Source: an uncultured Verrucomicrobiae bacterium (GTDB taxonomy: Bacteria; Verrucomicrobiota; Verrucomicrobiia; Limisphaerales; JAFGQR01). Taken from it: 64,000 bases of DNA. Positions 31,123 through 42,353 of the stretch are shown here, one piece after another. The DNA is taken from contig CAWBHS010000072.1 in assembly GCA_963788655.1 (NCBI GenBank), positions 64,001-128,000 of the forward strand. The letters are read 5' to 3'. Each line of letters begins with the position of its first letter. The stretch's first letter is position 1. Position numbers and translations under genes: made by a program. The notes under the pieces were generated by a model. That model worked only from the letters and a program-made list of their open reading frames with translations, made no database searches and had not been told where the DNA came from.

Positions 31123-31524
31123 TTAGGGTGTCAGGATTTCCAAATCTGGCGCGGCGTGGGCGAAGTGTGAGGGATTGCGCGTGACGACCCAACGAGCGCC
31201 TTTGCGGCGCGCAAACGTCGCATGGAGTGAGTCGTAAATACCGCCTCCCATTACTCCGCGGCGCGGTGTTTCACTAATCGCCTGTTCGTAATCCGCCAGC
31301 GGCAAAGGTTCGACCAGCAGACTGGCCTGGAGGCTCAGCGTCAATTCGACAGCGGTCGCCACTGGCACTATGTAGAAGCCGGTGAGCGTGGCGAAGATTT
31401 CCGCCAATGCGTGGGCGTTCGTGAAAGGTGCTTCGGACTCTTCCAGCGTTTCGCGGCAAGCGGCGTGCTCGGGATGCTTCGCCAGCAATGCTCCCACCAG
31501 AACGCCCGTGTCGAGAAATGTCAT
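31123..31524 (-). CDS. vapC: PIN-domain toxin (VapC-like)
   Basis: MTFLDTGVLV...HALAEIFATLT...IYDSLH...VVTRNPSHF; ATGA overlap with the upstream antitoxin. Confidence 0.88.
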   Translation of the reverse strand: MTFLDTGVLVGALLAKHPEHAACRETLEESEAPFTNAHALAEIFATLTGFYIVPVATAVELTLSLQASLLVEPLPLADYEQAISETPRRGVMGGGIYDSLHATFARRKGARWVVTRNPSHFAHAAPDLEILTP

Positions 31525-31769
31525 CGTTCGTAGTGTCGCGCTGCTTCGGTTGCGTCTGCCAACGGTGTGCTGGGCACGTCCCCCGTCCACACTTTCAATT
31601 TGCCGCGTTTGACAACCTTACCCTGCGTCGCGGGTTCCATCTCCAGCACGATCCGGCCCGGCGTCGCCGAGGCTTTGAGTTTTTGACCGCGCAGAACGCC
31701 GGCAGCCCGTCGCAATTCGCGGGGAAGAACGATCCGATTCGAGGCGTCAAGTTGTACAATCGTTGTCAC
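31521..31769 (-). CDS. AbrB/MazE-family antitoxin
   Basis: GTG start; IVQLDASNRIVLPRELRRAAGV swapped-hairpin pattern; coupled to the PIN gene. Confidence 0.85.
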   Translation of the reverse strand: MTTIVQLDASNRIVLPRELRRAAGVLRGQKLKASATPGRIVLEMEPATQGKVVKRGKLKVWTGDVPSTPLADATEAARHYER

Positions 31770-31786
31770 GCCAAGAATTTGGCGTG
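31767..31786. promoter_or_regulatory. Palindromic operator of the toxin-antitoxin operon
   Basis: CACGCCAA-GAAT-TTGGCGTG overlapping the antitoxin start codon. Confidence 0.55.
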
Positions 31787-31875
31787 GTTGTGGCACGGTT
31801 TCAAACCTGAATCGATCCAAAACTCAGCGCATCTCACAGTTGCCAAGCCGAGATTTTCAGGTAAAAACTCCGGCC

Positions 31876-34800
31876 ATGTTAGCTCGCAAATCATTCATCA
31901 ATTCTGGGAAGCATCTCCTGGCCTTGGCCGCCCTGGCCCTAATGGGTTCGCTCGCTGCCAACTCATTAACCGCCGCGTGGCATCCGGCCCAAGGACCGCT
32001 GATGACCCGTTGGGCCAAGGACGTTTCTCCGCAAAAGGCGCATCCGGAATATCCCCGCCCCCAAATGGAGCGCCAACAATGGATGAACTTGAACGGCCTG
32101 TGGGAATACGCCATCACGCCCAAGGACGCGCCCAAGCCCACGAAATGGGATGGCGAAATTTTGGTGCCCTTCCCGGTCGAATCCGCGCTGTCGGGCGTGA
32201 TGAAGATGGTCGGCCCCGACCAGATGCTTTGGTACCACCGCACCTTCAAATTGCCGGCTGACTGGAAAGAAAAGCACGTGCTGCTGCACTTCGGCGCGGT
32301 GGATTGGGAAAGCCGCGTCTGGGTCAACGGCTGGGAATACGGCCCGCACCGCGGCGGCTACGATGGCTTCAGCTACGACATCACCGACGTGCTCAAACCG
32401 GAACTGCCGCAGGAAATTCTGGTGGCCGTTTGGGATCCCACCGACGCGGGCACGCAGCCGCGCGGCAAACAGGTGCGCAATCCCCACGGCATCTGGTACA
32501 CCCCCACCAGCGGCATCTGGCAGACCGTGTGGCTGGAACCGGTCAACGCCAGTTACATCGAAAGTCTCAAGCTCGTGCCGGACATTGACAACGGCCGGAT
32601 TAACGTGTCCGTGAAAACCCGCGGTGAAATGGTCGGCGCCACGGTCGAAACCACCGCCACCATTGGCAAAGATGAAGTGGGCAAAGTAGTCGGTGCTCCG
32701 GATGAACTGCACAAAGTGCCCGTGCCCGACGCCAAGTTGTGGTCGCCCGATTCGCCCTTCCTTTACGACTTGAAGGTCATCCTGCGCGTCAACGGCAAGG
32801 TCACTGATGAGGTCACCAGTTACTTCGGCATGCGCAAAAATTCCCTTTGCAAAGACGACTGACGGCACGTTGCATCTTTGCCTGAACAACCAGCCGCTCT
32901 TCCAATTTGGTCCGCTCGACCAGGGCTTCTGGCCCGACGGCCTCTACACCGCGCCGACGGATGAAGCCCTTCGCTACGACATCGAAGTGACCAAGCAACT
33001 CGGTTTCAACCTGGCCCGCAAACACGTGAAGGTCGAGCCCGCCCGCTGGTACTACTGGTGCGATAAACTTGGCTTGCTGGTTTGGCAGGACATGCCCAGT
33101 GGGGACCGTTCCATTCGCCGGAATCAACGCGATCTTCAGCGTTCTCCAGAATCCGCGGCGCAATATGAAGCCGAACTCAAGGCCATGGTTGAAGGGCGGT
33201 TCAACCATCCCTGCATCGTAATGTGGGTGCCGTTCAACGAAGGCTGGGGCCAGTTCGACACCGCCCGGATCGTGGACCTCATCAAGCAATGGGATCCGAC
33301 GCGATTGGTCGATGATGCCTCCGGCTGGACGGATCGCGGGGTGGGCGACGTGATGGATATTCATCGCTATCCGGGGCCGGCGGCGCCGTCAATCGAAGCG
33401 AATCGCGCCGGCGTGCTGGGCGAATTCGGTGGCTTGGGTCTGCCGGTCAAAGGTCACACCTGGCAGGACGAAAAGAACTGGGGCTATCGCAGTTTCCAGA
33501 ACGCAGACCAACTCACCGAGGCCTATCTGGGGCTCATTGAAAAGCTGCATCCCTTGACCGGGCGCCCGGGACTGGCGGCGGCCGTTTACACGCAGACCAC
33601 CGACGTGGAAATCGAGGTCAATGGCTTGATGACGTATGACCGCGCCCAGATCAAAATGAATGCCGACGCCGTCGCGGCGGCCAACCAGAAAGTCTATGTC
33701 CCGCCGCAACCGCGTCGCGCCGAAGGCAACAAACTGGTACCGCCGGCCACGCCGCTGGTGGCTTGTGATCCGTATTTCAGCATCTGGTCGCAAGCGGACA
33801 AATTAACCGACGTGGACACCACGCATTGGACCGGCAAGCCGCAGCGGTTGTCCAGCTTGGTGCGGATCGATGGCCAGGCCTATCGCGTCATGGGTGCCGA
33901 ACCGCGCCGCGTGCCGGCGCTCGACGCAAACCAGTCTGACCGTGCTGCCGACGCGCACGATCTACAACGTTCGAAGGCGCGGGCGTGGCGCTGACGCTGA
34001 CGTTCATGACGGCGGCGCTGCCCGAGAACATCGACCTGCTGTCGCGACCGGTCACGTATCTCACTTATGATTTCAAGGCGACTGACGGCAAGACCCACGA
34101 CGTGCAAATCTATTTCGGCGCTTCGGGGGAACTGGCCGTCAACACTCCCGACCAGCCGGTAACCTGGTCCAGCGAAAAAGTCGGCGACCTGACGGCGTTG
34201 AAGGTTGGTTCGACCACCCAGCAGATTCTCGGCAAGAAAGGCGACGATCTCCGCATCGACTGGGGCTATCTCTACGTGGCGGCGCCATCCGGCGAAGTGG
34301 CTTCCCAGGTCTTCGCCGGGCCGGCTGTAACCCAAAGTGGTTTCGTGGAAAACGGCATGCGAGCGGTGCGGGTGCTCAGCTTCGAAGCGCCGGAGACGGG
34401 CGGGGATCTCTGCACGGCGATGGCAACGCGCAGCTTCCAAGTCGGCGAAGAAGCCACATCCCGCTGGCTCATGCTTGCCTACGACGATCTCTATTCGATC
34501 CAATACATGAAGCAGAACCTGCGGCCCTACTGGCGGCGCAACGGCTGGGAGGCGGCCGATCTGCTCAAGGCCTCGGCGAAGGATTACGAGTCGCTCAAGC
34601 AGCGTTGTGCCGCGTTCGACGACGAACTGATGGCCGACCTCACCCGCGACGGCGGCGAGAAATACGCCAAGATTGCCGCGCTGGCGTACCGCCAGTGTTT
34701 CGCCGCCGGCAAGTTCGTGGCGGACGCGAACGGCCAGCCGCTCCAGTTCTGCAAGGAGAACCATTCCAACGGCTGCATCGGCACGTCGGACGTGTTCTAC

Positions 34801-36244
34801 CCGATGTCCCCGCAGTTCCTGCTGTTCGGCCCGTCGCTGGCCAAGTCGTTCCTCGTGCCGTTCATGAATTACGCGGCCAGCGACGCTGGACGTTTCCCTT
34901 CGCGCCGCACGACCTCGGCACTTACCCGAAGGCCAACGGCCAGGTCTATGGCGGCGGCGAACGCGGCGAGGACAACCAGATGCCCGTCGAGGAAAGCGGC
35001 AACCTGCTGATCCTGATGGCGGCCATCGCGCAGATGGAAGGCAACGCCGACTTCGCCGGGCTTTATTGGCCGCAGCTGGAGAAGTGGGCGGAGTATCTCA
35101 AGGACAAGGGATTTGATCCGGAAAACCAGCTTTGCACCGACGACTTCGCCGGGCACCTCGCGCACAACGTCAACCTGTCGCGCCAAGGCGATTTGCGGCC
35201 TGGGCTGCGTTTGCGCAAACTGTGCGACCTGCGCGGCGACCAGGCCCAGGCCGACGAGTATTCGAAGCTCGCCAAAGAGTTTGCCGCAGCGATGGATCGA
35301 AGGAGGCCGACGACGGCGATCATTTCCGGCTGGCCTTCGACAGGCCCGGCACCTGGAGCCAGAAATACAACCTGGTCTGGGACCGCATCCTCGGCCTGGA
35401 CCTGTTTCCCGCGAAGCCGTCAAGCGAAAGGAGATGGACTATCTACCAGAAGGTCGCAGAACCACTACGGCCTGCCGCTCGACAATCGACGGACCTACAC
35501 CAAGCTCGACTGGGTGCTCTGGACCGCCACGCTCACGCAGAACCGCGACGACTTCGAATGCGCTGGTGGATCCGGTCTTTCGGTTCCTCAACGAGACGCC
35601 CGACCGTTCGCCGATGACCGACTGGTATTTCACCACCGACGCCCGCAAACGTCGGCTTCACCGCGCGGCCGGTGGTGGGCGGCGTGTTCCTGCAGATGCT
35701 CTACGACGATGCGACTTGGAAGAAATACGCCAGCCGCGACAAGACCAAGGCCTCCGGTTGGGCGCCGATGCCCAAGCCGCCGAAAATTGTGACGGTGGTT
35801 CCCACCGCGCAGCAGGAGGCGGTTACGTGGCGTTACACCACCACCAAGCCTGGCGATAATTGGTTTCAACCGGGCTTCGACGACTCCTCCTGGAAACAAG
35901 GACCGGCGGGCTTCGGCACCCGCGGCACGCCGGGCGCCGTCGTGCGCACCGTGTGGAACACCCCGGACATCTGGCTCCGCCGCGAACTGACTTTGCCCGA
36001 AGGCAAAACTGACGATCTCCAATTGCTGGCCCACCACGACGAAGACATGACGGTGTATCTCAATGGTGTGCTCGCCGCGAGCGCCGGCGGTTACACCTCC
36101 GGTTATGATCCGTTTCCGATGAGCGCCGCTGCGTTGGCCGCGCTCAAGCCTGGCAAGAACGTCATCGCCATCCATTGCCACCAGACGACGGGCGGGCAGT
36201 ACATCGACGTTGGGTTGGCCAAGGTCATCGAAGTGGACGAGTAG
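31876..36244 (+). CDS. Large secreted fusion: GH2 glycoside hydrolase + DUF4964/DUF5127/DUF4965 (GtaA glutaminase-like) + C-terminal jelly-roll; multiple frameshifts
   Basis: [59 protein letters not shown]; in-frame [17 protein letters not shown]; later [45 protein letters not shown]-terminal HHDED...[11 protein letters not shown]. Confidence 0.82.
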
Positions 36245-36310
36245 GCGGGTGGCGCAATAGCGCGCATCACTTGGTACGCCTGGCGGAATCGACCGGGGTC
36301 TTCAGACTTC

Positions 36311-36522
36311 CGCCAGGTTTTGGAGTGCGGCAGTCCTCTGCCGCTTTCGAACGAAAGGTACCTCCCCAAGCCAGTCACCGCGTCCGCCTACCTTGTCCCG
36401 CGCTCCCTTGCGTGCGAAAGCGCCGGCAAGCCGGACGCACTCCAAACGCTGGCGCGACGATGTGGCGGACCTTGTCGAACGTCGCGCCAGCGTTTGGAGT
36501 GCGTGGAGCTTGCTCCCGCTTT
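36311..36522. repeat. Three-unit palindromic REP-like cluster (TTTGGAGTGCG family)
   Basis: Units at ~36311, ~36417 (inverted) and ~36483; perfect inverted repeat GCACTCCAAACGCTGGCGCGACG / CGTCGCGCCAGCGTTTGGAGTGC. Confidence 0.75.
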
Positions 36523-36639
36523 CGTAGGAAGCAAGACGTGTAAATCGCCGACGAGGTCCAACGTTCACCAACCCCATGAAGAATGTATTTCTGCCATTCG
36601 ACAGCGGCATGGAACCGACTCACGTGCGAGTTCAGCCAG

Positions 36640-37014
36640 CTAAATGGGCCTCAGCTTGATCTGGAGCTCTTGCTCAAGCGCCTTGAAATCGCCTTCCTTG
36701 TCGAACGAAAACACCAGTCTGAAGTTTTCGTTCATGTCCGCCACGGCATCGAGCCAGCACTTCTTCCCGCGCCCAATCTCAAACTCCAACAACGCCTGGG
36801 CGACCTCGTCGTATCCCGCTTACGCCCCGGCCATTATCCAGCGCCACGGCAGCGCCAGGAGTTCCCTTTCCGGCGACCGGGCTTGGCCGGTGGGGAACAC
36901 CACGCTGTGCCTGAGCATTGATTTCTTCTTGAGCGAATCGCGAAAAGCGCGCAGGCCCGCCCCGTTGGCACTGGTCACCTTGCGGCTGCGAACGGACTGG
37001 TCCTCAATCATCAC
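36640..37014 (-). pseudogene. Small hypothetical gene with an internal TAA
   Basis: ORF 36820..37014 continues in frame past TAA as AGYDEVAQALLEFEIGRGKKCWLDAVADMNENFRLVFSFDKEGDFKALEQELQIKLRPI*. Confidence 0.35.
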
Positions 37015-37110
37015 CCCCGTTGGTATGGACGCGCCAACGTTCTCCGGAACACAAAACTGAGCTTGCCACCCCCACGAGCAACCCGGAGGATATTACACCA
37101 CAATGCGATT

Positions 37111-38583
37111 ATGAGTGTTCCGCGTAATGCGCCCTGTCCATGCGGCAGCGGCAAGAAATACAAGAAATGCTGTCTCGCCAAAGACGAAACGGCCGCCCGG
37201 GAAAAGGCCCAGGCCGAAGCACGGGCCGCCGAAACGGCCCGTCAGGCGGAAGCGGCTGCCCAACTGGCGCGCCAGGAAGAAGCCGATCGCCAATGGAAAG
37301 AGCAGCGTCAAGCGGATCTGGTTCTCGATGACGAAGAGGGGGCGGCCGAGTCTGCCGAGATGCCGCTTGATCCGGAATGGCCACCGTTGGCAGCGGAGGA
37401 TCAGCAGCTCGTGAATGATTGGTGGGCCGCCGTCGAGCCGCTGTACGCTGACAAGGACACCCAAGCGCAATGTGGCCAATTACTGGAACGAACACTGGCC
37501 TTTCTGGACCAGCACCCGCGACTCTTTCGCTACCTGTATCTCCAGGAAGAGTTCCTGTTCCAACTCGAGGCTGATCTGGCCGTCGCCGGACGCACGGAGG
37601 ATTATCTGGCGCTGCTGCGTCGGCTCCGCCGGGAGCAACCGGAGATGTATTTCGAAGTCTTCGGCGACTTCGATCGTCAGTTGATCACCGAGGCGTTGCG
37701 GACAGGTCGCCACGAAGAAATCTCCACCTGGCTCGACTTGTTCCGGCAGCATCCGGTCAAAGAAATCGATGAACTGGCGAAGGTGGTGGACCTGCTGGCG
37801 TGGTGCGGTTGCGAAACGGAATTGCGCACGTTGCTTACGGACACCGCCCAAACCATCGCGGCTTCGCCCGAAGTATTGGGGGGTGACTTCGGCTTGTATT
37901 GGTTGACCCATCTCGCCATCATTCCCTTCCTGGAAGCCGGCAATACCGCGCCGGAAACAATTGCCCAAGCCAGTCGCACGGGAGCCGCCGTTGGCTATAC
38001 GGAGGATTCGGTAAAGACCCAAAACTGGCTGCTCCGTGCCGTGACGTTGTCTTCCCGGTCCGCGGCCGAAGCCAGATTGGACCTCAAGCAATCGAACGAA
38101 CGGCTTCACGGCGACACCGCCTGGAACTTCACCGGCTGGCTGCGCCGGACCAAGGGCTGCAATTGGACCCGCGCCCGCTTCCTCGCCGACTCCATGTTGG
38201 GGTATTGGGCTTGGAACGACGGCCAGAAGAAGAGACGCCCCAGTCCTTTTGGCTTGAGCGAGTCACGCTTGGACGATTACCTCGGTCAGCGCTGCCGTGA
38301 CTTCATGGGTTTGAACGGGATACGGGTTCTCTCCACGTTGCAAGCATTTCACTACTTCACGGAATATCTCCTGGCCCACGATTACTTCAGCCCCGCTGAT
38401 GCCAGCCGGTTGCAGTCGGCGGCGACCAGATTTTACGAAACCGTCCACAGCGTCGCGGCCCCCAGCGATCCTGCGTTCCGTCTCTATCCCACGTACGATG
38501 CGCTGGTCAACGGCCCAACGCCGCCACCCGTTTCCTCCATGGAGTCCGGTGTCGTCCCTGGTCCAACTCCAACGCCGCAATGA
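37111..38583 (+). CDS. SEC-C motif protein (N-terminal motif, helical body)
   Basis: [21 protein letters not shown]. Confidence 0.85.
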   Translation: MSVPRNAPCPCGSGKKYKKCCLAKDETAAREKAQAEARAAETARQAEAAAQLARQEEADRQWKEQRQADLVLDDEEGAAESAEMPLDPEWPPLAAEDQQLVNDWWAAVEPLYADKDTQAQCGQLLERTLAFLDQHPRLFRYLYLQEEFLFQLEADLAVAGRTEDYLALLRRLRREQPEMYFEVFGDFDRQLITEALRTGRHEEISTWLDLFRQHPVKEIDELAKVVDLLAWCGCETELRTLLTDTAQTIAASPEVLGGDFGLYWLTHLAIIPFLEAGNTAPETIAQASRTGAAVGYTEDSVKTQNWLLRAVTLSSRSAAEARLDLKQSNERLHGDTAWNFTGWLRRTKGCNWTRARFLADSMLGYWAWNDGQKKRRPSPFGLSESRLDDYLGQRCRDFMGLNGIRVLSTLQAFHYFTEYLLAHDYFSPADASRLQSAATRFYETVHSVAAPSDPAFRLYPTYDALVNGPTPPPVSSMESGVVPGPTPTPQ

Positions 38584-38682
38584 GCCCAAAATCCAAGGTG
38601 CGAACTTTTGCGCCAATGCCATCGTCAATGTCCCCTGCTATCGGACTTTGAATTTCGGATTTCGGGTTTATCCTGCGTCTCG

Positions 38683-40731
38683 ATGCAAGCGTTGATCGAA
38701 CAAGCACGTCAGTGTGAATTCTACCGGACTGCCCTGGAGGATTTGGCGCGGGCGTTGCCGTCCGATGACGGCGAATTGAACGCGGTGATCACGGAGGCGA
38801 TTGCCGCCCGCGACGAGCGCGCGTTCCGGAGCCTGTTCTTCGCGGCGATCGGTACGGGACGCCAAGTGGACGCCCAACACCTGGCCGAAGGTAGCGCCTT
38901 GTTCGAGGAACCGAATCAACTGCTCCATGCGGCGCGAGCTTGTGTCGGCGACGTGGCGAGTGCTTTGCTGGCCGCGGTCCAAGCCGGCCGGATGGGCGTG
39001 GAACGTGAAGCGAGCGCGCTCTTGCTGGCCTGGATTTGGTGCGAAGACCACAAGGCTGCCGTTCCGGCGGGATTCTGGGCAACCGCGCGCAGTCTGGCGC
39101 GACGAACCAGCGGAGACGTGCTAACCCAGAGTATGCTGGTGGGGCTGGCGCGTGGGAGCAAGGACGAAGGGCTTACCGCCATATTGGGCACCAACCGGGC
39201 GCCAGGGATGCTTGAAACGGCGGAGCACGTACTGCCCATGTGCCGCGAGATGTACCAAGGATCGCCGTGGGAGGCGGTGCCGGAGCGCCGCCCGCCCACC
39301 ATGCTTTCCGGATACACCGTCCGCCGGGCCGTGCCGCGGGTGGGCCGCAACGATCCGTGTCCCTGCGGTAGTGGCAAGAAATACAAGAAATGTTGTTTTG
39401 AAAAGGACCAACAACGACTCCTGCAATCCTCGGCCGTGGCCGGGATGACGGTGGACGAATGGCGTACTCAGCCGGAAATGGCGCTGACCATTGACCGCCT
39501 GCGCCAGATGCGTTCCTACGAACTGGTGAAGCTCGATCCCGTCAAGGTGCCGCCCGAATTGCACGAACACTTTTTGGACCGGCTGCTTGTGTTCAAAGAA
39601 CACGAGACGATCATCCGATATTTCGAAACCATTCCCTTTCATGAGGATCTTGAATTCTATTGGGATTGGGCCATTGAAACGGCCGGTAGCGACCGGCAAC
39701 TCGAGGTGGCCCGGCGTTTGTTGGCCGTGCGCCCGGGATTTGATCCGACGCAACTGCCCCTGAACGTGCGCCTGTTGCTGGCGGGCGACGAAGGGGCCGC
39801 GCTGCTGGATCTGGTCGAAGCCGAAGCGCGCCTTGGCCTGCGCGACGGGGACGGTCCCTCCGCCATGGTGCCCCTGGCGTACTCGCTGCTGGAGAGCCGC
39901 GCCCCGGCGCTCGGCGTGCTGGTCGCTCGCGGTTTGTTACCTTTGGTCGGTCCCATGGACGGCGATATGTTGCTGGATTCCCTGTTACAAGCCCGGGACC
40001 AGCTCGAATTGAGCAGCGACGATCCGATTGAAAAGATCTTCCAGGAGCGTTTTACCGAGGCGGAAGAAGCGCCGCGCGAATCGGAAGCGATGGCAGCGGT
40101 GCAGCGGGATCTCGAGTCCAAGAGCGACCAAGTCAACCGACTGCGCGCGGAACTCAAGAGTGTTTATCGCGAAATGGAAAAACGCCGACATCGCGCAACG
40201 GTGACGGCGGTCGAAACCAAGCCCGTTGCCCCAGACGACAGCGCCATGACCGAATTGCGGGCCAAGATCAATTCCTTGCAGAGCATGCTCAAGGAGCGAC
40301 ATGGCGAACGAAATCAACTGCGCCGCGAGCTGCAGCGAGCGCACGAACAACTCGCCCGGACCGCGCCGTCGCCACCCGTGGCGGAGCCGAAAGCCGACGC
40401 CGCTAATCGGGAAGACGAGCTATTGCTCGCGGAACCCACGCTTGGAAAACAGCCGGTGCGTGTTCCCGAGTTCCCGGCGAAATTCGCCCACACGATGGCT
40501 GATCTGCCCCGTTCGGTCGTGCGCGCCGCATTGGTGCTGACGGCGCGGTTGGCGGCGGGCGAAGCGGCTGCGTTTGTCGGTCTCCGACCGCTGCGGGCGT
40601 GGCCTGAAGTGTATCGGCAACGGGTGGGCGGCGATTATCGGTTGCTCTTTCGCTTGCACGCCGACCGGCTCGAAGTGGTGGACTTGATCAACCGCCGCGA
40701 TCTCGAACGCACGATTAAGAGCCGGGGTTGA
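38683..40731 (+). CDS. SEC-C motif protein with coiled coil and C-terminal RelE/ParE-like domain
   Basis: [19 protein letters not shown]; heptad region; C-terminal FAHTMADLP...[15 protein letters not shown]...[12 protein letters not shown]. Confidence 0.8.
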   Translation: MQALIEQARQCEFYRTALEDLARALPSDDGELNAVITEAIAARDERAFRSLFFAAIGTGRQVDAQHLAEGSALFEEPNQLLHAARACVGDVASALLAAVQAGRMGVEREASALLLAWIWCEDHKAAVPAGFWATARSLARRTSGDVLTQSMLVGLARGSKDEGLTAILGTNRAPGMLETAEHVLPMCREMYQGSPWEAVPERRPPTMLSGYTVRRAVPRVGRNDPCPCGSGKKYKKCCFEKDQQRLLQSSAVAGMTVDEWRTQPEMALTIDRLRQMRSYELVKLDPVKVPPELHEHFLDRLLVFKEHETIIRYFETIPFHEDLEFYWDWAIETAGSDRQLEVARRLLAVRPGFDPTQLPLNVRLLLAGDEGAALLDLVEAEARLGLRDGDGPSAMVPLAYSLLESRAPALGVLVARGLLPLVGPMDGDMLLDSLLQARDQLELSSDDPIEKIFQERFTEAEEAPRESEAMAAVQRDLESKSDQVNRLRAELKSVYREMEKRRHRATVTAVETKPVAPDDSAMTELRAKINSLQSMLKERHGERNQLRRELQRAHEQLARTAPSPPVAEPKADAANREDELLLAEPTLGKQPVRVPEFPAKFAHTMADLPRSVVRAALVLTARLAAGEAAAFVGLRPLRAWPEVYRQRVGGDYRLLFRLHADRLEVVDLINRRDLERTIKSRG

Positions 40732-40764
40732 GAGGACCCAAAGGCGCTTCTTTGACGGCGGATT

Positions 40765-41253
40765 TCACGGGTTCAATTCCTCAAAGCATTGCTCGGCGGC
40801 ATTCTTCCGACTGCGCGCCGGATCGAAGATGCGACCATTCATGGCCAGATAAACGCCGGGTGGCAGGGATTGCACGGCGGCCACCGCGGTGCCGAGGTTG
40901 AAGACCGCATCGGTCCCACGAAACCGCGCCGGCTGCATGGCCCCAGTCAGGACGATGGTCTTGCCCGACAGGCCGTGCAAAGTGAGCGCGGTTTGAATCA
41001 TCGTGTCCGTGCCGTGGGTGATGACGATCCGCGTGGAAGGTTCGGCGGCCACCCGGTCGCGGATGAGCTGGCGGTCGGCGTCGGTCAGTTCGAGACTGTC
41101 TTTGCGCAGGAGCGTTTCCACCTCGAAATCAAACCGGACGTTGACGTTGCGCAGCAACTCCATCACCTGCGGTGGCCCGACCTGGTATTCACTGCGCGCG
41201 TCGAAATAGATTTTGTCGATGGTTCCGCCGGTGGTGATGAATTTAATTTTCAC
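40765..41253 (-). CDS. Short asparaginase-domain protein
   Basis: ITTGGTIDK, KDSLE, ITHGTDTM, VLTGAMQP; GTG start. Confidence 0.9.
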   Translation of the reverse strand: MKIKFITTGGTIDKIYFDARSEYQVGPPQVMELLRNVNVRFDFEVETLLRKDSLELTDADRQLIRDRVAAEPSTRIVITHGTDTMIQTALTLHGLSGKTIVLTGAMQPARFRGTDAVFNLGTAVAAVQSLPPGVYLAMNGRIFDPARSRKNAAEQCFEELNP

Positions 41254-41258
41254 GGCCC

Positions 41259-41591
41259 CTACAAAGCCGAGTCGGCCTTCGCGGCAAAAACGAAATCGCT
41301 CTCGGACAGGCCGTCGATTTTGTGGGTCCAAATCTGGAGCCGGACTTGTCCCCAGGTCAGGTAGATATCGGGGTGGTGATTCTGCTCCTCGGCGACCTTT
41401 CCCACCCGATTGGTGAAGTCCAGTGCTTCCTGGAAATTCTTGAACGAGTAGCTCTTTTCCAGGTGGTGCTCATTGCGGACCTGCCACTCGTTGCCCAGTT
41501 GGTCGTGGAGTTGCTTGAGTTGATCGCCTTTCAAAGGAGGGACGTCGCCGGCGCACGCCTGGCATTGTTTGTTCGCGAGTTCGGATGACAT
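41259..41591 (-). CDS. phhB: Pterin-4-alpha-carbinolamine dehydratase
   Basis: FKNFQEAL.F...AEEQNHHPDI...WTHKIDGLSESDF..AAK. Confidence 0.92.
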   Translation of the reverse strand: MSSELANKQCQACAGDVPPLKGDQLKQLHDQLGNEWQVRNEHHLEKSYSFKNFQEALDFTNRVGKVAEEQNHHPDIYLTWGQVRLQIWTHKIDGLSESDFVFAAKADSAL

Positions 41592-41863
41592 ATTCTTCGT
41601 TGGTTGTTCGGTTATCGGTTTCGTTCGTTTCGGTTCTCGATCCGCCGGCGGAAGCCTTCGCTTTTGAGCTTCGGCCCACGGTCACCGGTTCTCATCATTC
41701 AAATTAGCCGCCAACGGGCAAACCAAAATCAGGGTAAGGCGGAATTGGCCCGGCGCAATACCCGAGCGAAAAGGGCTCGCCGCCACCACCAATCAACGGC
41801 AACGTGGCCGCAAGTTGCGACGAAAGTCTTTGCCCGCAGCGTGGCCCTAACCGCAAAAGGTTT

Positions 41864-41957
41864 GGACGGCTTGATTCACCGCCAAGACACGAAGAGCGCA
41901 AAGGTTTCAGCAACATCCTTTGCGCCCTTCGTGTCTTGGCGGTGAATCAAGCCGTCC
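41864..41957. repeat. Long near-perfect palindrome (41-bp arms, 12-nt loop)
   Basis: GGACGGCTTGATTCACCGCCAAGACACGAAGAGCGCAAAGG ... CCTTTGCGCCCTTCGTGTCTTGGCGGTGAATCAAGCCGTCC, one mismatch. Confidence 0.85.
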
Positions 41958-42047
41958 GCCCGCTGCCAGGCTATTCGATGTCGATTTTCGTATTTCCTGG
42001 GCTACGGTTTCACACCGATGCGCTCTTTGTTCTGGGTGGTGAACCAA

Positions 42048-42326
42048 CTACTTTTCTTGGAATCCCGCTGAAGACGCTGGTCGCCGCCAAATTACCGTGC
42101 CGTCCTTGACGACTTCCCGGACGCGATGAAAGGGGATGCGATGCACTTGGCCTTCGGCGTCGGTCAATTGAAACAAATGTCGGGCGTCCGCGGGAAAATC
42201 CAGTTCCCGATATTCCACGCGGACAATCGCCTTGGTCACCCGGTCATAGTAGCCGATCAGAAAATGGCCTTGCCCAAAGTCCGCGTCCCACCGGATTCGA
42301 TTCAGCAATTCATGGATGGGAAGCAT
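42048..42326 (-). CDS. DUF504 (MJ1316-like) domain protein
   Basis: PIHELLNRIRWD...IGYYDR...RIPFHRVREV...IWRR. Confidence 0.8.
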   Translation of the reverse strand: MLPIHELLNRIRWDADFGQGHFLIGYYDRVTKAIVRVEYRELDFPADARHLFQLTDAEGQVHRIPFHRVREVVKDGTVIWRRPASSAGFQEK

Positions 42327-42353
42327 AATGGGCTTGGAAAACTGAAATGCCGG

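Noticed and set aside
36311..36522. Repeated ~40-bp units as a CRISPR array
   Set aside because: Units alternate in orientation and are imperfect, spacing is irregular, and there are no cas genes; REP-like instead
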